DNA of 64,000 nt from NCBI GenBank assembly GCA_964600985.1, contig CAZRJR010000002.1:40867-104866 (forward strand), read 5' to 3'. Numbering within the stretch: position 1 is the stretch's first letter; each line of letters opens with the position of its first letter. Under the pieces are notes generated by a model. It was not told where the DNA came from and made no database searches. It worked only from the letters and a program-made list of their open reading frames with translations. Origin of the DNA: an uncultured Candidatus Saccharibacteria bacterium. Its GTDB lineage: Bacteria > Patescibacteriota > Saccharimonadia > CAILAD01 > JADZBC01. Positions 19,279 to 29,009 of this stretch are shown piece by piece. A program made the translations under genes and the position numbers.

Positions 19279-19839
19279 CTATATAGTTTTAGTACGGAAC
19301 GGCTTGTAGTTTCTGCCAAGCTTTTGGTTCTCTGATTCTAGGTCCTCGATAATTTTAAACTTATCCTCGCCGTGAACTTCCTTGAATCTTTGCAAGGTAT
19401 CCATATCTGCAAAGTAAACCTGTACACCTAATTCCATCATGGCATCCAGAGCTGAATCATATTCTTCTTTCGCAACTGGTTTAACCGGCACGGTACTGGT
19501 CCACTCCTTGTACCCCACGCCCAAATCAGGGTCGAAGTTGAATGAATCGGAGGGGAGCTCGTAAATTGCTCCACCTTCGTCTGCTGCCCGGAACCTTGCC
19601 GTGTCTCCCACGAGCACATAGGGAATGTCATTCATAAATCCCGAGGCCATTTTGCGGTCATCAAAGGGGTGTAAAAAGATAGCAGCAAATGCCTTGTCTA
19701 AAGCTGCAAACACTTGTGCTGGCTCGTCTTTGTGTCGTTTGGCTCCATGACGAGGTATAAACTCTACCACATTTCTGTCGCGTGACGCGTGGTAAAGGAC
19801 GGACGGCTTAACAAAGTCTGGGGGCGGTAACTTGGGCAT
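19279..19839 (-). CDS. Hypothetical protein
   Basis: 186-aa ORF with LYHAS..EFIPR, GAIYELPSDSF, EWTSTVPVKP. Confidence 0.7.
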   Translation of the reverse strand: MPKLPPPDFVKPSVLYHASRDRNVVEFIPRHGAKRHKDEPAQVFAALDKAFAAIFLHPFDDRKMASGFMNDIPYVLVGDTARFRAADEGGAIYELPSDSFNFDPDLGVGYKEWTSTVPVKPVAKEEYDSALDAMMELGVQVYFADMDTLQRFKEVHGEDKFKIIEDLESENQKLGRNYKPFRTKTI

Positions 19840-19852
19840 TGTAATAATTGCT

Positions 19853-19942
<90 letters not shown>

Positions 19943-19993
19943 ATAAGTGACTAGGCTATAGTTTACTGGAAAGTTACATAGGTTTCCACCTGA

Positions 19994-20461
19994 TTACATG
20001 AACTTATGCCACTCTTCATAGCCTTTGGTTCTACCGAGCTTCTTCATGAGGGCTTGCGAGGCGCTGTTCCAAGCATCAACATTGCCTGAAATCTGGTGAA
20101 CACCAAGTTCCTTTGCAAGATCTTCCGCTCGTTGTTCCAAGAGGGTAGCGACTCCCTTCTTCTGGTGGTCTTTGGCTACGACCACGTCTATTACGAAGAG
20201 CTGCTTCTGGTGCGTGTAGTAGTTAGGGTTATCTTGAACCTCGAGGCTGATGAACCCGATTAACTCAGAATCCTGCTTTGCTACGAAAGCAAAGCGGTTG
20301 TCTGTCTTGAGAACTTTTGTTAACCAGCTTACAGCCTTTGGCTTAGTTAGGCTATTGGAATCATAGAGGCCGTTCTGAGAAGTATGGAGTTGCCAAGAAT
20401 AGAACAGAATATCTGCTGCGCTAGGTATATCTTCATCTGTAAGTGGTGAGATTTGGATCAT
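19994..20461 (-). CDS. GNAT family N-acetyltransferase
   Basis: VVVAKDHQKKGVATLL motif A, NSASQALMKKLG. Confidence 0.88.
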   Translation of the reverse strand: MIQISPLTDEDIPSAADILFYSWQLHTSQNGLYDSNSLTKPKAVSWLTKVLKTDNRFAFVAKQDSELIGFISLEVQDNPNYYTHQKQLFVIDVVVAKDHQKKGVATLLEQRAEDLAKELGVHQISGNVDAWNSASQALMKKLGRTKGYEEWHKFM

Positions 20462-20466
20462 TGCTT

Positions 20467-20560
20467 TGGCGGAGAGGGAGGGATTCGAACCCTCGCTAGA
20501 GATTGCTCCCTACTAACGGTTTAGCAAACCGTCCCCTTATAGCCACTTGGGTACCTCTCC
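20467..20560 (-). tRNA. tRNA-Ser(GCT)
   Basis: Anticodon arm ACGGT-TTGCTAA-ACCGT, long variable arm, CCA. Confidence 0.96.
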
Positions 20561-20732
20561 TCGTAAGAACATAACACGTTTCGAACCATCACATTATACG
20601 CATTTCTGCGCCATACGCCAAGGGTAAGTGCAATAGTATAATTCAAGGCTAGGACGGCAAAAATATCCTACAAACCGAACATTATAAGGACACATTTATG
20701 GCATTTGTAAATTCATATGAACCTATTGTTCT

Positions 20733-21635
20733 CTATCTGTCAACAGGTATAGCCTCGAAACGGGCAGAATACTCAGCTGCTTTGGCTGTATTTCCAAGAT
20801 TTTTGTAGGTTTGCGCAAGGAGCAAGTTCAGGCTTGGATTAGCTCGGTCGAGCGCTATACCCTTCTCCCCTCGTCCGGCGGCTAGCTTGTAGTCGCCACG
20901 GGCCTGAGCCAGTTGAGCAAGCATTAGCCAGTCGCCCGCAGTTTTGGGAGGTGCAGCCAGAAGGCGCTTCTCCCCTACGCTGTAAACTCGGTTGGCGATC
21001 AAGAATATGCCAACGCCTCGAGCGGTGCTAAGCTGAGGCGATTGCAATACGGGCAAGCTGCCGGCCGAAACCAGTGTCTGGTTGGGGCTAAGAAGCGCGC
21101 ATATAGCAGCTACGTTTTGCGCAGGTTCGCTAGCCAGCTCTAGCTTGAGCGCCTTGGCTGCGTTCGCACAGCCGTTGGCATTATCACCCTTATTAAACAA
21201 AGCAGTAGCTAAGCCAGTGTAGGCCTGGGCTGTGGCTTTCTGTTTAATCGCGCGGGCATAAAAGCGCTGTGCTGGTGTATAGTCTTGGGCTCGGAGGGCA
21301 TATTCCCCTAGCAGCAGGTTATTCGGTGTAAGTGGCCAGGAATTCAGTACGCGCCATGCCTTATCGTAGCGACCCAGGCTTACATAGTAGTCGGCCAAAG
21401 CACGTGGGGCGGTCTCTCCCCCTTTGTCGAGTATCATGGCTTCGCGCAGGTACTCTTCGCGTACACTTGGCTCGGTGGCAGACTTGCTCTTGCTTATTAG
21501 CATCACCACTTGCCTGTCGCGCCATGCCAGCACTCTAGGAGCGACCAGTAGTACACAAATTCCAGCTAGGCCAAAGGTAATGGCGGCTATAAGGGTAAAT
21601 GGGATTCTAGGCTTACTTTGGGGTCTTGTCTTCAA
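20733..21635 (-). CDS. Membrane-anchored tetratricopeptide repeat protein
   Basis: N-terminal TM followed by Ala/Leu-rich TPR-like helices. Confidence 0.7.
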   Translation of the reverse strand: MKTRPQSKPRIPFTLIAAITFGLAGICVLLVAPRVLAWRDRQVVMLISKSKSATEPSVREEYLREAMILDKGGETAPRALADYYVSLGRYDKAWRVLNSWPLTPNNLLLGEYALRAQDYTPAQRFYARAIKQKATAQAYTGLATALFNKGDNANGCANAAKALKLELASEPAQNVAAICALLSPNQTLVSAGSLPVLQSPQLSTARGVGIFLIANRVYSVGEKRLLAAPPKTAGDWLMLAQLAQARGDYKLAAGRGEKGIALDRANPSLNLLLAQTYKNLGNTAKAAEYSARFEAIPVDR

Positions 21636-24003
21636 GGGCTTGAATGCTGGCTTGCAGTTCCTTCACTGCTATTTTAGCATCTTCGTACCTCTTACGCTCG
21701 GCTTCTACTACCGCTTCCGGGGCATTAGCTACAAAGTCCTGATTGGCTAGCTTGGCTTCGCTCAAGCGCGCGGCGTTTTGCTTGAGGCTTAGCTCGCGCT
21801 CAAGCGCTCTTAGGTGGTTTTGCGTCTCATCCGAGGCTTTCTTGGCAATGAACTCGGCGATTTCGAGCTCAAATTTGTCGGCCTTGGCGGCGTCGTAGGC
21901 CAAGCGAACATTCGGCCAACTTTCGGTTATAAGCTGGGAGTCAGTCCACGGCAGCTCTTGCCAAATCGCTTCGGTTACAAATGGCGCAATAGGGTGGAGC
22001 AGGCGCAGGATGGTTTCAAGCGCGGAGGCGAGCATGGCGGGGTTAAGGTTGGCCTTGGAGTACTCGATGTAACGATCAGCAAACTTGTCCCACAGGAGGG
22101 AGTAGAGTGCTTGGCCGGCTTCAGAGAAGCGGTAAGACTCGATCTGTTGCGTAACAAACTTGTTGGTCTGGGTAAGTTCGCGCGCTATGTAGTGATCGGC
22201 ATTGGTTTTAAGCTCTGGCTGAGTGGGGGAGTAGTCGGCTGGGAGTTTGCTCAGGGTAAACCGAGCTACGTTCCAGAGCTTGTTGCAGAAGTTTCGGTAG
22301 CCTTTAACCTTCTCATTAGATAACGCACCGTCGTTACCAGGAGTAATGCCAATGGTTAGTGCCAAGCGCAGGGCATCAGTGCCAAATTCCTCGGTTAATT
22401 CAAGGGGGTTGAGTACATTGCCTTTAGATTTACTCATCTTCTTGCCGTGAGCGTCGTTTACGAGCCCATGAAGGTAAACGTTTTCAAATGGCACTTTACC
22501 AGTTCGGTAAACTCCCAGCATAACCATGCGCGTAACCCATTGAAATAGAATGTCACGGCCCGTTTCCATCACGGTAGTAGGGTAGAAGGTATCGAAGTCT
22601 TCCGTTGCCATGAGTGTAGCGAAGGGCCACTGCCCACTAGAGAACCAGGTATCAAAGGTGTCGGTTTCACGCTCGTAGTTACCTTCACCGTAGTAGGCCT
22701 TCGCCTCAGCTTCATCGTTTGTTATGATGTAGGGTTTCTTTGACTTGTCCTCGCCGGAGTTATAAAAAACAGGTATATGAATACCAAACCAACTTTGACG
22801 GCTAATGTTCCAGTCGCGCAAGTTCTCGAGCCAATCAATATATGATTTCTTAAATCGAGCAGGTACGATGTTGATTTCGCCATTCTTCACTGCCGCAATG
22901 GCTGGCTTTTTAAGGTCTTCCACTTTGATCCACCACTGCTCGGTAACTAACGGCTCGATGAGATTGCCACAGCGGTCGTGGTAGGCAACAGAGTGCTCAC
23001 GGTTCATGTCAATGTGGTCTATCAATCCACGCTCCTCGAGGTCGTGTGCTACGGCGTCACGCGCTTCGAGTACAGTCATGCCTGCGTAGCGGCCTGCAGC
23101 TTCTGTGAGGAGCCCGTCGGTACCAATTCCACTAATAACCTCGAGGTTGTGGCGCTGCGCCATCTCCCAGTCGTTCGGATCGTGTGCAGGAGTGATTTTG
23201 ACCACACCGGTACCAAAATCTGGGTCTACATGCCGATCACCAATTACTCTGAGCTTGCGTTTGCCCCATAGCAGGTCGACTTCCACTTCTTTGCCAATCC
23301 ATTCCTTGTAGCGTTCGTCTTCTGGGTGCACGGCAATTCCTGTGTCAGCAAACATAGGCTCTGGTCGTACAGTAGCGATCACAAACGGCCCGTATTTAAT
23401 GTAGTAGAGCGGATCAATCTGGTCACGATGCTTAATTTCGATGTCAGCGAAGCTGGAGCGGCAGTGCGGGCACCAGTTTACAATGCGGTCACCACGGTAA
23501 ATGTGGCCATCAGCTTCGAGGCGCTTAAACGTTTCGTAAACAGTCTCGATAATGTCGTCGTCCAAGGTGAATTTAAGACGACTCCAGTCGAGAGAAAAAC
23601 CCAAGGACTTCAGCTGTGAAACAATGTTGTGTTGGTTCTGCTTGGTGTATGCCAGCGCTGCGTCATAGAATTCACTTGGTGTGAAATCAAAGCGGCTTTT
23701 GCCTTCCTTTGCGAGCTCGCGTTCGAACACCACCTGGGTTTCGATTCCGGCATGATCAGTACCTGGTAGCCAAAGGGTAGGGTGGCCTTGCATGCGGCGG
23801 TAGCGCACCATAATGTCTTCTACCACATACATGGCGTGGCCTGTGTGTAGGTTGCCGTTGGCGTTTGGTGGGGGCAGAATGATGCTAAATGGACTTTTGG
23901 GCGCGTTTAAGTTGGGCTTGAATGCTCCTGATTCTTCCCACATTTTGTACAAACGCTCTTCGTAGCTGCCTGGCTGGTATGCCTTTGGCATTGATGATTC
24001 CAT
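21613..24003 (-). CDS. valS: Valine--tRNA ligase
   Basis: PPPNANGNLHTGH, PGTDHAGIETQ, DWNISRQ, FDTWFSS, KMSKSKGN. Confidence 0.97.
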   Translation of the reverse strand: MESSMPKAYQPGSYEERLYKMWEESGAFKPNLNAPKSPFSIILPPPNANGNLHTGHAMYVVEDIMVRYRRMQGHPTLWLPGTDHAGIETQVVFERELAKEGKSRFDFTPSEFYDAALAYTKQNQHNIVSQLKSLGFSLDWSRLKFTLDDDIIETVYETFKRLEADGHIYRGDRIVNWCPHCRSSFADIEIKHRDQIDPLYYIKYGPFVIATVRPEPMFADTGIAVHPEDERYKEWIGKEVEVDLLWGKRKLRVIGDRHVDPDFGTGVVKITPAHDPNDWEMAQRHNLEVISGIGTDGLLTEAAGRYAGMTVLEARDAVAHDLEERGLIDHIDMNREHSVAYHDRCGNLIEPLVTEQWWIKVEDLKKPAIAAVKNGEINIVPARFKKSYIDWLENLRDWNISRQSWFGIHIPVFYNSGEDKSKKPYIITNDEAEAKAYYGEGNYERETDTFDTWFSSGQWPFATLMATEDFDTFYPTTVMETGRDILFQWVTRMVMLGVYRTGKVPFENVYLHGLVNDAHGKKMSKSKGNVLNPLELTEEFGTDALRLALTIGITPGNDGALSNEKVKGYRNFCNKLWNVARFTLSKLPADYSPTQPELKTNADHYIARELTQTNKFVTQQIESYRFSEAGQALYSLLWDKFADRYIEYSKANLNPAMLASALETILRLLHPIAPFVTEAIWQELPWTDSQLITESWPNVRLAYDAAKADKFELEIAEFIAKKASDETQNHLRALERELSLKQNAARLSEAKLANQDFVANAPEAVVEAERKRYEDAKIAVKELQASIQALEDKTPK

Positions 24004-24122
24004 GGGCAGAGTATAGCTGATTGTGGGCAGGATTTCTAGGTGGAGTCGGCCCACGCATCTTGACAAAACACTTATGCTTTGCTATAATGGTAGCAACAGT
24101 ACAAAAACAAAAAAGGAGCAGT

Positions 24123-24539
24123 ATGACGCTTATTGAGTCGCAACCCAGCACATCATCATCTAGCCAGAATAGTTTGCCCGAACGCATGGCCGGAGCTTCG
24201 GCATCTGGCAATAAAGGGAATTTTCTGGCTGAGACATATCACGATGAAAGTGGCATGACCGCAAATGGTCAACCATATAACCGCCGCACGGAAGTATATA
24301 ATCGTGATCAACATGTAGCGACAGAGCTTTCTCGCGATGGTTTACCGGTTTCAACCGAACTAACTCCAAAGCCATCCCTAGAGAACCCAACTGATATTAT
24401 GCCTGCACAGGCGTCTGATGAAATTCCAAGTAGCTCAGGAGGAAACTTAGAGCATCGCCGCACTGGCACAGATGAGTCAGAGCTTTCTAGACACTTCGAA
24501 ACTCACGATGGAAACAGTAAGCCTAAAGAATTAAAGTAA
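24123..24539 (+). CDS. Hypothetical hydrophilic protein
   Basis: TTGACA-17-TATAAT at 24060-24088 and AAGGAG RBS. Confidence 0.6.
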   Translation: MTLIESQPSTSSSSQNSLPERMAGASASGNKGNFLAETYHDESGMTANGQPYNRRTEVYNRDQHVATELSRDGLPVSTELTPKPSLENPTDIMPAQASDEIPSSSGGNLEHRRTGTDESELSRHFETHDGNSKPKELK

Positions 24540-24541
24540 AA

Positions 24542-25570
24542 CTACAGTTCTTCTAAACTTGAATCAGCAACTAACTCCAATGGATCCGTAAACATATCTT
24601 TCTTAGCCATTCTGTAGGCCAATGCTGCAATCATAGCGGCGTTGTCGGTACAAAGCACGGGTGGCACAAAGATAGCGTTTGGTAGCTTAGCTGTAAGCTC
24701 TGAGCGCAACCTTTGATTACAAGCCACACCGCCACCAACCACGATGCTGGCGGGCTGGTGCTCCTCGGCAGCTTTTACCGTAGCCTTTACCAGCGCATCT
24801 ACTACGGCTTTTTGAAAGCTCGCAGCAATATCATTCACTACTTGTTGATCTAGTTTATAGGTTTTAGGTAAGTTCAAGTCGCCGGGGTTATATCCGCTAA
24901 TCTCTTGCACTTGGCGGAGTACGGCGGTCTTGAGGCCCGAGAAGCTAAAGTCGTATGGGTTATCGAGCTTAGCGATCGGGAATTTATACTTGGTTTCGTC
25001 GCCATTCTTGGCGGCTTTGTCGATGGCTGGGCCGCCGGGGTAGGGGAGGCCAAGGAGCTTGGCTACTTTGTCAAACGCCTCCCCGGCCGCGTCGTCACGC
25101 GTTTCGCCCAGCAGGGTGCGGTCAAGGTTCTCATTGTACATGGTTAGTGCAGAGTGGCCACCGGATACTGTAAGGGCAAGGATCGGGAACTGAGGCTGGT
25201 TCTCGGTTAGGAACGCGGCAAAGGCGTGGGCGATTATGTGATTCACACCAACGAGTGGTTTGTTTTTAACCATCGCAATGGTGCGCGCAGTGAGGGTGCC
25301 GATGAGGAGTGAACCAATCAAACCTGGTCCGCGGGTGGTGGCAATAGCGTCAATGTCATCCCAAGTTAATTTGGCTTCGCTGAGTGCTTGCTCGATTACG
25401 GGGATAATGACCTCAATGTGACTACGGGCAGCTACCTCGGGCACCACGCCTCCGTATTGGGCGTGGATGTCGATTTGTGAACTAATTACGTTGGCTAGCA
25501 CTTCGCGGCCATCGCGCACGATGGCGCAGGCAGTTTCGTCACAGCTCGATTCAATAGCTAGAATTATCAT
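24542..25570 (-). CDS. tsaD: tRNA N6-adenosine threonylcarbamoyltransferase
   Basis: LAIESSCDET, GGVVPEVAARSH, SGGH, DDAAGEAFDK, CTDNAAMI. Confidence 0.97.
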   Translation of the reverse strand: MIILAIESSCDETACAIVRDGREVLANVISSQIDIHAQYGGVVPEVAARSHIEVIIPVIEQALSEAKLTWDDIDAIATTRGPGLIGSLLIGTLTARTIAMVKNKPLVGVNHIIAHAFAAFLTENQPQFPILALTVSGGHSALTMYNENLDRTLLGETRDDAAGEAFDKVAKLLGLPYPGGPAIDKAAKNGDETKYKFPIAKLDNPYDFSFSGLKTAVLRQVQEISGYNPGDLNLPKTYKLDQQVVNDIAASFQKAVVDALVKATVKAAEEHQPASIVVGGGVACNQRLRSELTAKLPNAIFVPPVLCTDNAAMIAALAYRMAKKDMFTDPLELVADSSLEEL

Positions 25571-25573
25571 GCC

Positions 25574-25753
25574 TTATATGATAGTAAAAGTGCGTGCAAA
25601 AGGCGAACCGCCACCGCCCCAACGAGGGGCGGTGGCGATCATGGTGGCGACGTAGATGGCCTCGAAGATGATGAAGGTGACCAGCCCGAAGGCGAGAGTC
25701 ACCAGGCCAATCTTCGTGTACCAGACGAGCTGGAGTAGTTCGGGATTAACCAT
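25574..25753 (-). CDS. Small hypothetical membrane protein
   Basis: GAGGAG RBS, one TM helix, overlaps upstream stop. Confidence 0.45.
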   Translation of the reverse strand: MVNPELLQLVWYTKIGLVTLAFGLVTFIIFEAIYVATMIATAPRWGGGGSPFARTFTII

Positions 25754-26075
25754 GGGTTGTCTCCTCGATGGGTAGCGGCCGGCCATGCTCGTCCGTGCCG
25801 TGGAGGGTGCGGTTGACGATGCGTTGCACCGCCCGCAAAACTTCCCTGAGGTCCACCTCCCGGAAGGCAGGGTTCAGATGGTTTTGCCCGACCTTGAAGT
25901 CGTTGGGGTCAAGTGCATCTAGCTCCTCCAACGCTGCTCTGAGTCGGGCCAACTCAGCTCGGTCATCTGCCAGAAGGTCCTTGATTTGATCCAGGCAGAG
26001 CGAGCGTTCATGGACGGTTGCTGCGTCTGCTAGGATCTCCCTGAGCGCTGCATCGAGCGCTACATCGTCCCTCAT
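25746..26075 (-). CDS. Hypothetical protein, GC-rich
   Basis: ATGA overlap with upstream ORF; MRDDVALDAALREIL... Confidence 0.5.
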   Translation of the reverse strand: MRDDVALDAALREILADAATVHERSLCLDQIKDLLADDRAELARLRAALEELDALDPNDFKVGQNHLNPAFREVDLREVLRAVQRIVNRTLHGTDEHGRPLPIEETTHG

Positions 26076-26251
26076 CGCGCCTGCTTGTTGCGGCGGAGGT
26101 TGATGCAGGCCACCAGCCACAGGCAGGTGAGCGCTGCAACCAGCTTGCTGGCGCGACCACCCATGAACGAACTCACACAGCTGGAGTGCCGATGGGGCTC
26201 CCAGCTGCTCTCGCCAGCCATGTAGCTTTTTTGCATCTGCTCGATTGCCAT
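26072..26251 (-). CDS. Small hypothetical protein (59 aa)
   Basis: GGGAG RBS; MAIEQMQKSY...LVAALTCLWLVACINLRRNKQAR. Confidence 0.4.
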   Translation of the reverse strand: MAIEQMQKSYMAGESSWEPHRHSSCVSSFMGGRASKLVAALTCLWLVACINLRRNKQAR

Positions 26252-26374
26252 GGTGCTCCCTTGCTCTTGATCCTATAGTAGGATTCCCAGATTTTGGGTT
26301 GGCAATATCATACCACTTTTGGCTATATGGTCAAGGGTTCGGGGTGATCGGGGCGGTCTGTTACAATAAACTCA

Positions 26375-27367
26375 ATGGCACTTCTAGAACTACCACACGA
26401 TTGGGACGAGCGATTGGCACAAAAAGGCGGGCATGTGTTTCAGTCTTCGCTATGGGCAGAGTTCCAGCATGCCCAAAATCGGCAAGTACTGGTGGGCGAA
26501 AGTGCCGATGGCGGCAAGGCCTGGCAATGGCAGGCAGCGATTCGCCATGGCAGGCTTGGGTTTACATATTTGTATGCAGCGTATGGACCTACGGCGGTGG
26601 ATCAAAAAAGTGTACTCAGTGCCTGCGACGACCTGCACGCAACAGGAGTGGAGCACAATGTAGACTTTGTGCGCGTGGAGCCGTATAGCACCGCTGCTGG
26701 CGCGAAAGTTAGCGCCGAAACTCTGCGCTCCATTGGCGCTCGTAGGGTGGCCGATATGCAGCCTAGTCACCACATGGTACTCGACATTACCCAGAGCGAA
26801 GAAGACATGCGCCGCAGTATTTCGCCGAGTAATCGCAATCTCATAAACACTGCTAATAAGCGTGGTCTTAAATTTGTAGAAAGCACCGAGCTGGCCGATA
26901 TGGCGGAATTTGTGGCCATGCAGCGCGCCACCGCTGAGCGTGGTGGGTGGCACCCTCAGCCCGATAGTTACTATGAGTGTTTGGCTAAGAGCTTGCTGCC
27001 GAGTGGGGGCGCCAAGCTATACTTTGCTGAGCACGACCGCACTAAAATCGCCGGTGCCGTGTGCATGGACTTTGGCGGCGTGCGGTACTATTTGTTTGCT
27101 GGCATGCACCCCGAGCTCAATCGCCAACACAAGGCCGCTGTAGCGCTGGTGTGGTGGATGATTACGGACGCAAAGGCCCAAGGACTCAAGACATTTGATT
27201 ATGGCGGTGTAGCGCCCGAGGATGCGCCCGAGAGCCATCCATACTATCACCATACGAAGTTCAAAAAGTCGATTGGCGGCAATACTCTAAGCACCATTGG
27301 CACGTGGGATATACCAATTAAGAGCGGCAAGTATGCAGTTTATACAGCACTCAAGAGGTTCGTGTAG
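26375..27367 (+). CDS. FemAB/FemX family peptidoglycan bridge aminoacyltransferase
   Basis: HVFQSSLWAEFQ, YGPT, FVRVEP, FDYGG, FKKSIGG. Confidence 0.88.
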   Translation: MALLELPHDWDERLAQKGGHVFQSSLWAEFQHAQNRQVLVGESADGGKAWQWQAAIRHGRLGFTYLYAAYGPTAVDQKSVLSACDDLHATGVEHNVDFVRVEPYSTAAGAKVSAETLRSIGARRVADMQPSHHMVLDITQSEEDMRRSISPSNRNLINTANKRGLKFVESTELADMAEFVAMQRATAERGGWHPQPDSYYECLAKSLLPSGGAKLYFAEHDRTKIAGAVCMDFGGVRYYLFAGMHPELNRQHKAAVALVWWMITDAKAQGLKTFDYGGVAPEDAPESHPYYHHTKFKKSIGGNTLSTIGTWDIPIKSGKYAVYTALKRFV

Positions 27368-28422
27368 TGCGGACGGCTACCGAGCAAGAATTAGCAAGCT
27401 GGGATGAGCAAATAGTTCACAACCCAGATGACGGCAATGTATTGCAAACCAAAGCCTACGGTGAGTTTAAGGCAGTACATAGCTGGCCGGCCCATTACGC
27501 TGTAGCCGAGCTAAGCGATGGTAGTACTTTACAAATTGCTTTTCTAACTCGTAAGGTACCTGGCTTGGGTGAGTTGTGGTACACACCCAAGGGCCCCGGT
27601 GTAAAGTCCCTGGCCCAGCTCAAAGAGTTTATAGACCAAGTTCGCACCTATGTGACGGATAAAAACGTATTTATGGTTAAGGTAGAACCTGATCTACTCA
27701 TTGCCGATGCACCCAAGGCAAAGCTGGAGAATTTGGGCCTCGTAAAGTCGCAGTTTAACCTGCAATGGAACCAAGCCACTACATTGGTAGACTTAGGTCC
27801 GAGTGAAGATGAGATTCTAGCTGGCTTTAAGCAAAAGACTCGCTACAACATACGCCTCGCGGCACGAAAGGGCGTGGAGGTAGCCCCAGTAGAGCTAAGC
27901 CCCAAGAACATGGCGACCATGTATGGTTTACTGAAAGCCACGCAAGAGCGTAATGGATTTTATATGCGCTCTCAGAGCTATCTAGAGGGCTTTTGGCAAG
28001 CGTACGCCAAGGCTGGCATGGGGCAACTCTTCTTTGCTACTCACGAGGGCGAGGTGCTGTCGGGCTTATTTGCTCTCTACCTGGGTAAAAAGGGCTTGTA
28101 CAAGGACGGTGGGTCTACTCGGGCCAAGGCGAATCTCATGGCACCGTATGTAATGCAGTGGGAGGTTATGAAGTGGCTCAAGGCGCGTGGGGTGGTCGAG
28201 TACGATCTGCACGGCATGCCGCCCAAGGCCGAGCTCGAGAACCCCAACCACCCGCTGGCAGGGCTGGTACAGTTTAAGTCTGGCTTTAACCCAGAAGTAA
28301 CTGAGTATGTAGGGGTGTATAATTTGCCGATTGATCAGCGCAAGTATGCGCGGTGGACGAAGTATGGCGAACGCATAGTGAGTACGTATTCATTCAAGGT
28401 GAAAAAAGAACTATATTATTAG
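27367..28422 (+). CDS. FemX family lipid II aminoacyltransferase
   Basis: NVLQT..YGEFK, YTPKGP, FKQKTRYNIRLAARKGV, YDLHG, FKSGF..EYVG. Confidence 0.92.
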   Translation: MRTATEQELASWDEQIVHNPDDGNVLQTKAYGEFKAVHSWPAHYAVAELSDGSTLQIAFLTRKVPGLGELWYTPKGPGVKSLAQLKEFIDQVRTYVTDKNVFMVKVEPDLLIADAPKAKLENLGLVKSQFNLQWNQATTLVDLGPSEDEILAGFKQKTRYNIRLAARKGVEVAPVELSPKNMATMYGLLKATQERNGFYMRSQSYLEGFWQAYAKAGMGQLFFATHEGEVLSGLFALYLGKKGLYKDGGSTRAKANLMAPYVMQWEVMKWLKARGVVEYDLHGMPPKAELENPNHPLAGLVQFKSGFNPEVTEYVGVYNLPIDQRKYARWTKYGERIVSTYSFKVKKELYY

Positions 28423-28425
28423 CTC

Positions 28426-28454
28426 TTGACGCTCAGTTAGCTCGGGAGTATATT
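28426..28454 (+). promoter_or_regulatory. Sigma-70 promoter driving a non-coding region
   Basis: TTGACG-17 nt-TATATT. Confidence 0.7.
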
Positions 28455-28460
28455 GCAAGC

Positions 28461-28974
28461 AGTTCCTTGTAATATCGCTGCACATTGAGACTTAATTGGC
28501 TCTGTGCACATACCCCCCGAATCCGGTACGCCACTGCAGAAGGTGTAAAGTATGCTGGTGCGGGAGGGCTCCCCGAACCAGCATATACCGGCTGAGGGGG
28601 TCCTCTCGCGGCGCTTCTGCGTCCAAATAGTGTTCCTGCACTCGCTCAGCGCCAGAAGACTTGCCGGGTTCCCCCTAACCTGTGCGTCTCTACGTTGAAT
28701 GCTGCACTTATTACTCATAACTCCAAAACGGGTGTAGTGTGAGTGCAGGAACCTAGTCTCCAAGCTGGTTGTGACGCGCAGCCCATGTGCTCCTGGCTTG
28801 AACCCGGATGCCGGCGGTGGTATTCCGGGGAGATCTGTGCCGGGATCGACCGGCGCTAGAACTGGGGTTCATCCTTACCCCGGTGGCGAAAAACCCTCCC
28901 AAGTGTTGTTTCGCTGTAATGCTCACGGGTCGGGTCGTCTTCGGACGGCTCGACCCGGGGGTTCTTTTTATTTT
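28461..28974 (+). ncRNA. Candidate large structured ncRNA (~500 nt), family not recognised
   Basis: Promoter, nested stems (e.g. GTTCCTGCACTCGC/GTGAGTGCAGGAAC; TATGCTGGT/ACCAGCATA; CCGGTA/TACCGG), UUCG-capped terminal hairpin and T tract; no credible ORF. Confidence 0.6.
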
Positions 28975-29009
28975 GGCAATAATCCCTACCGAATTTCGTA
29001 TAAAGCAAA

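Noticed and set aside
20670-20700. ACCGAACATTATAAGGACAC as a possible dif-like or operator site
   Set aside because: Only partial resemblance, single copy, no clear dyad symmetry.
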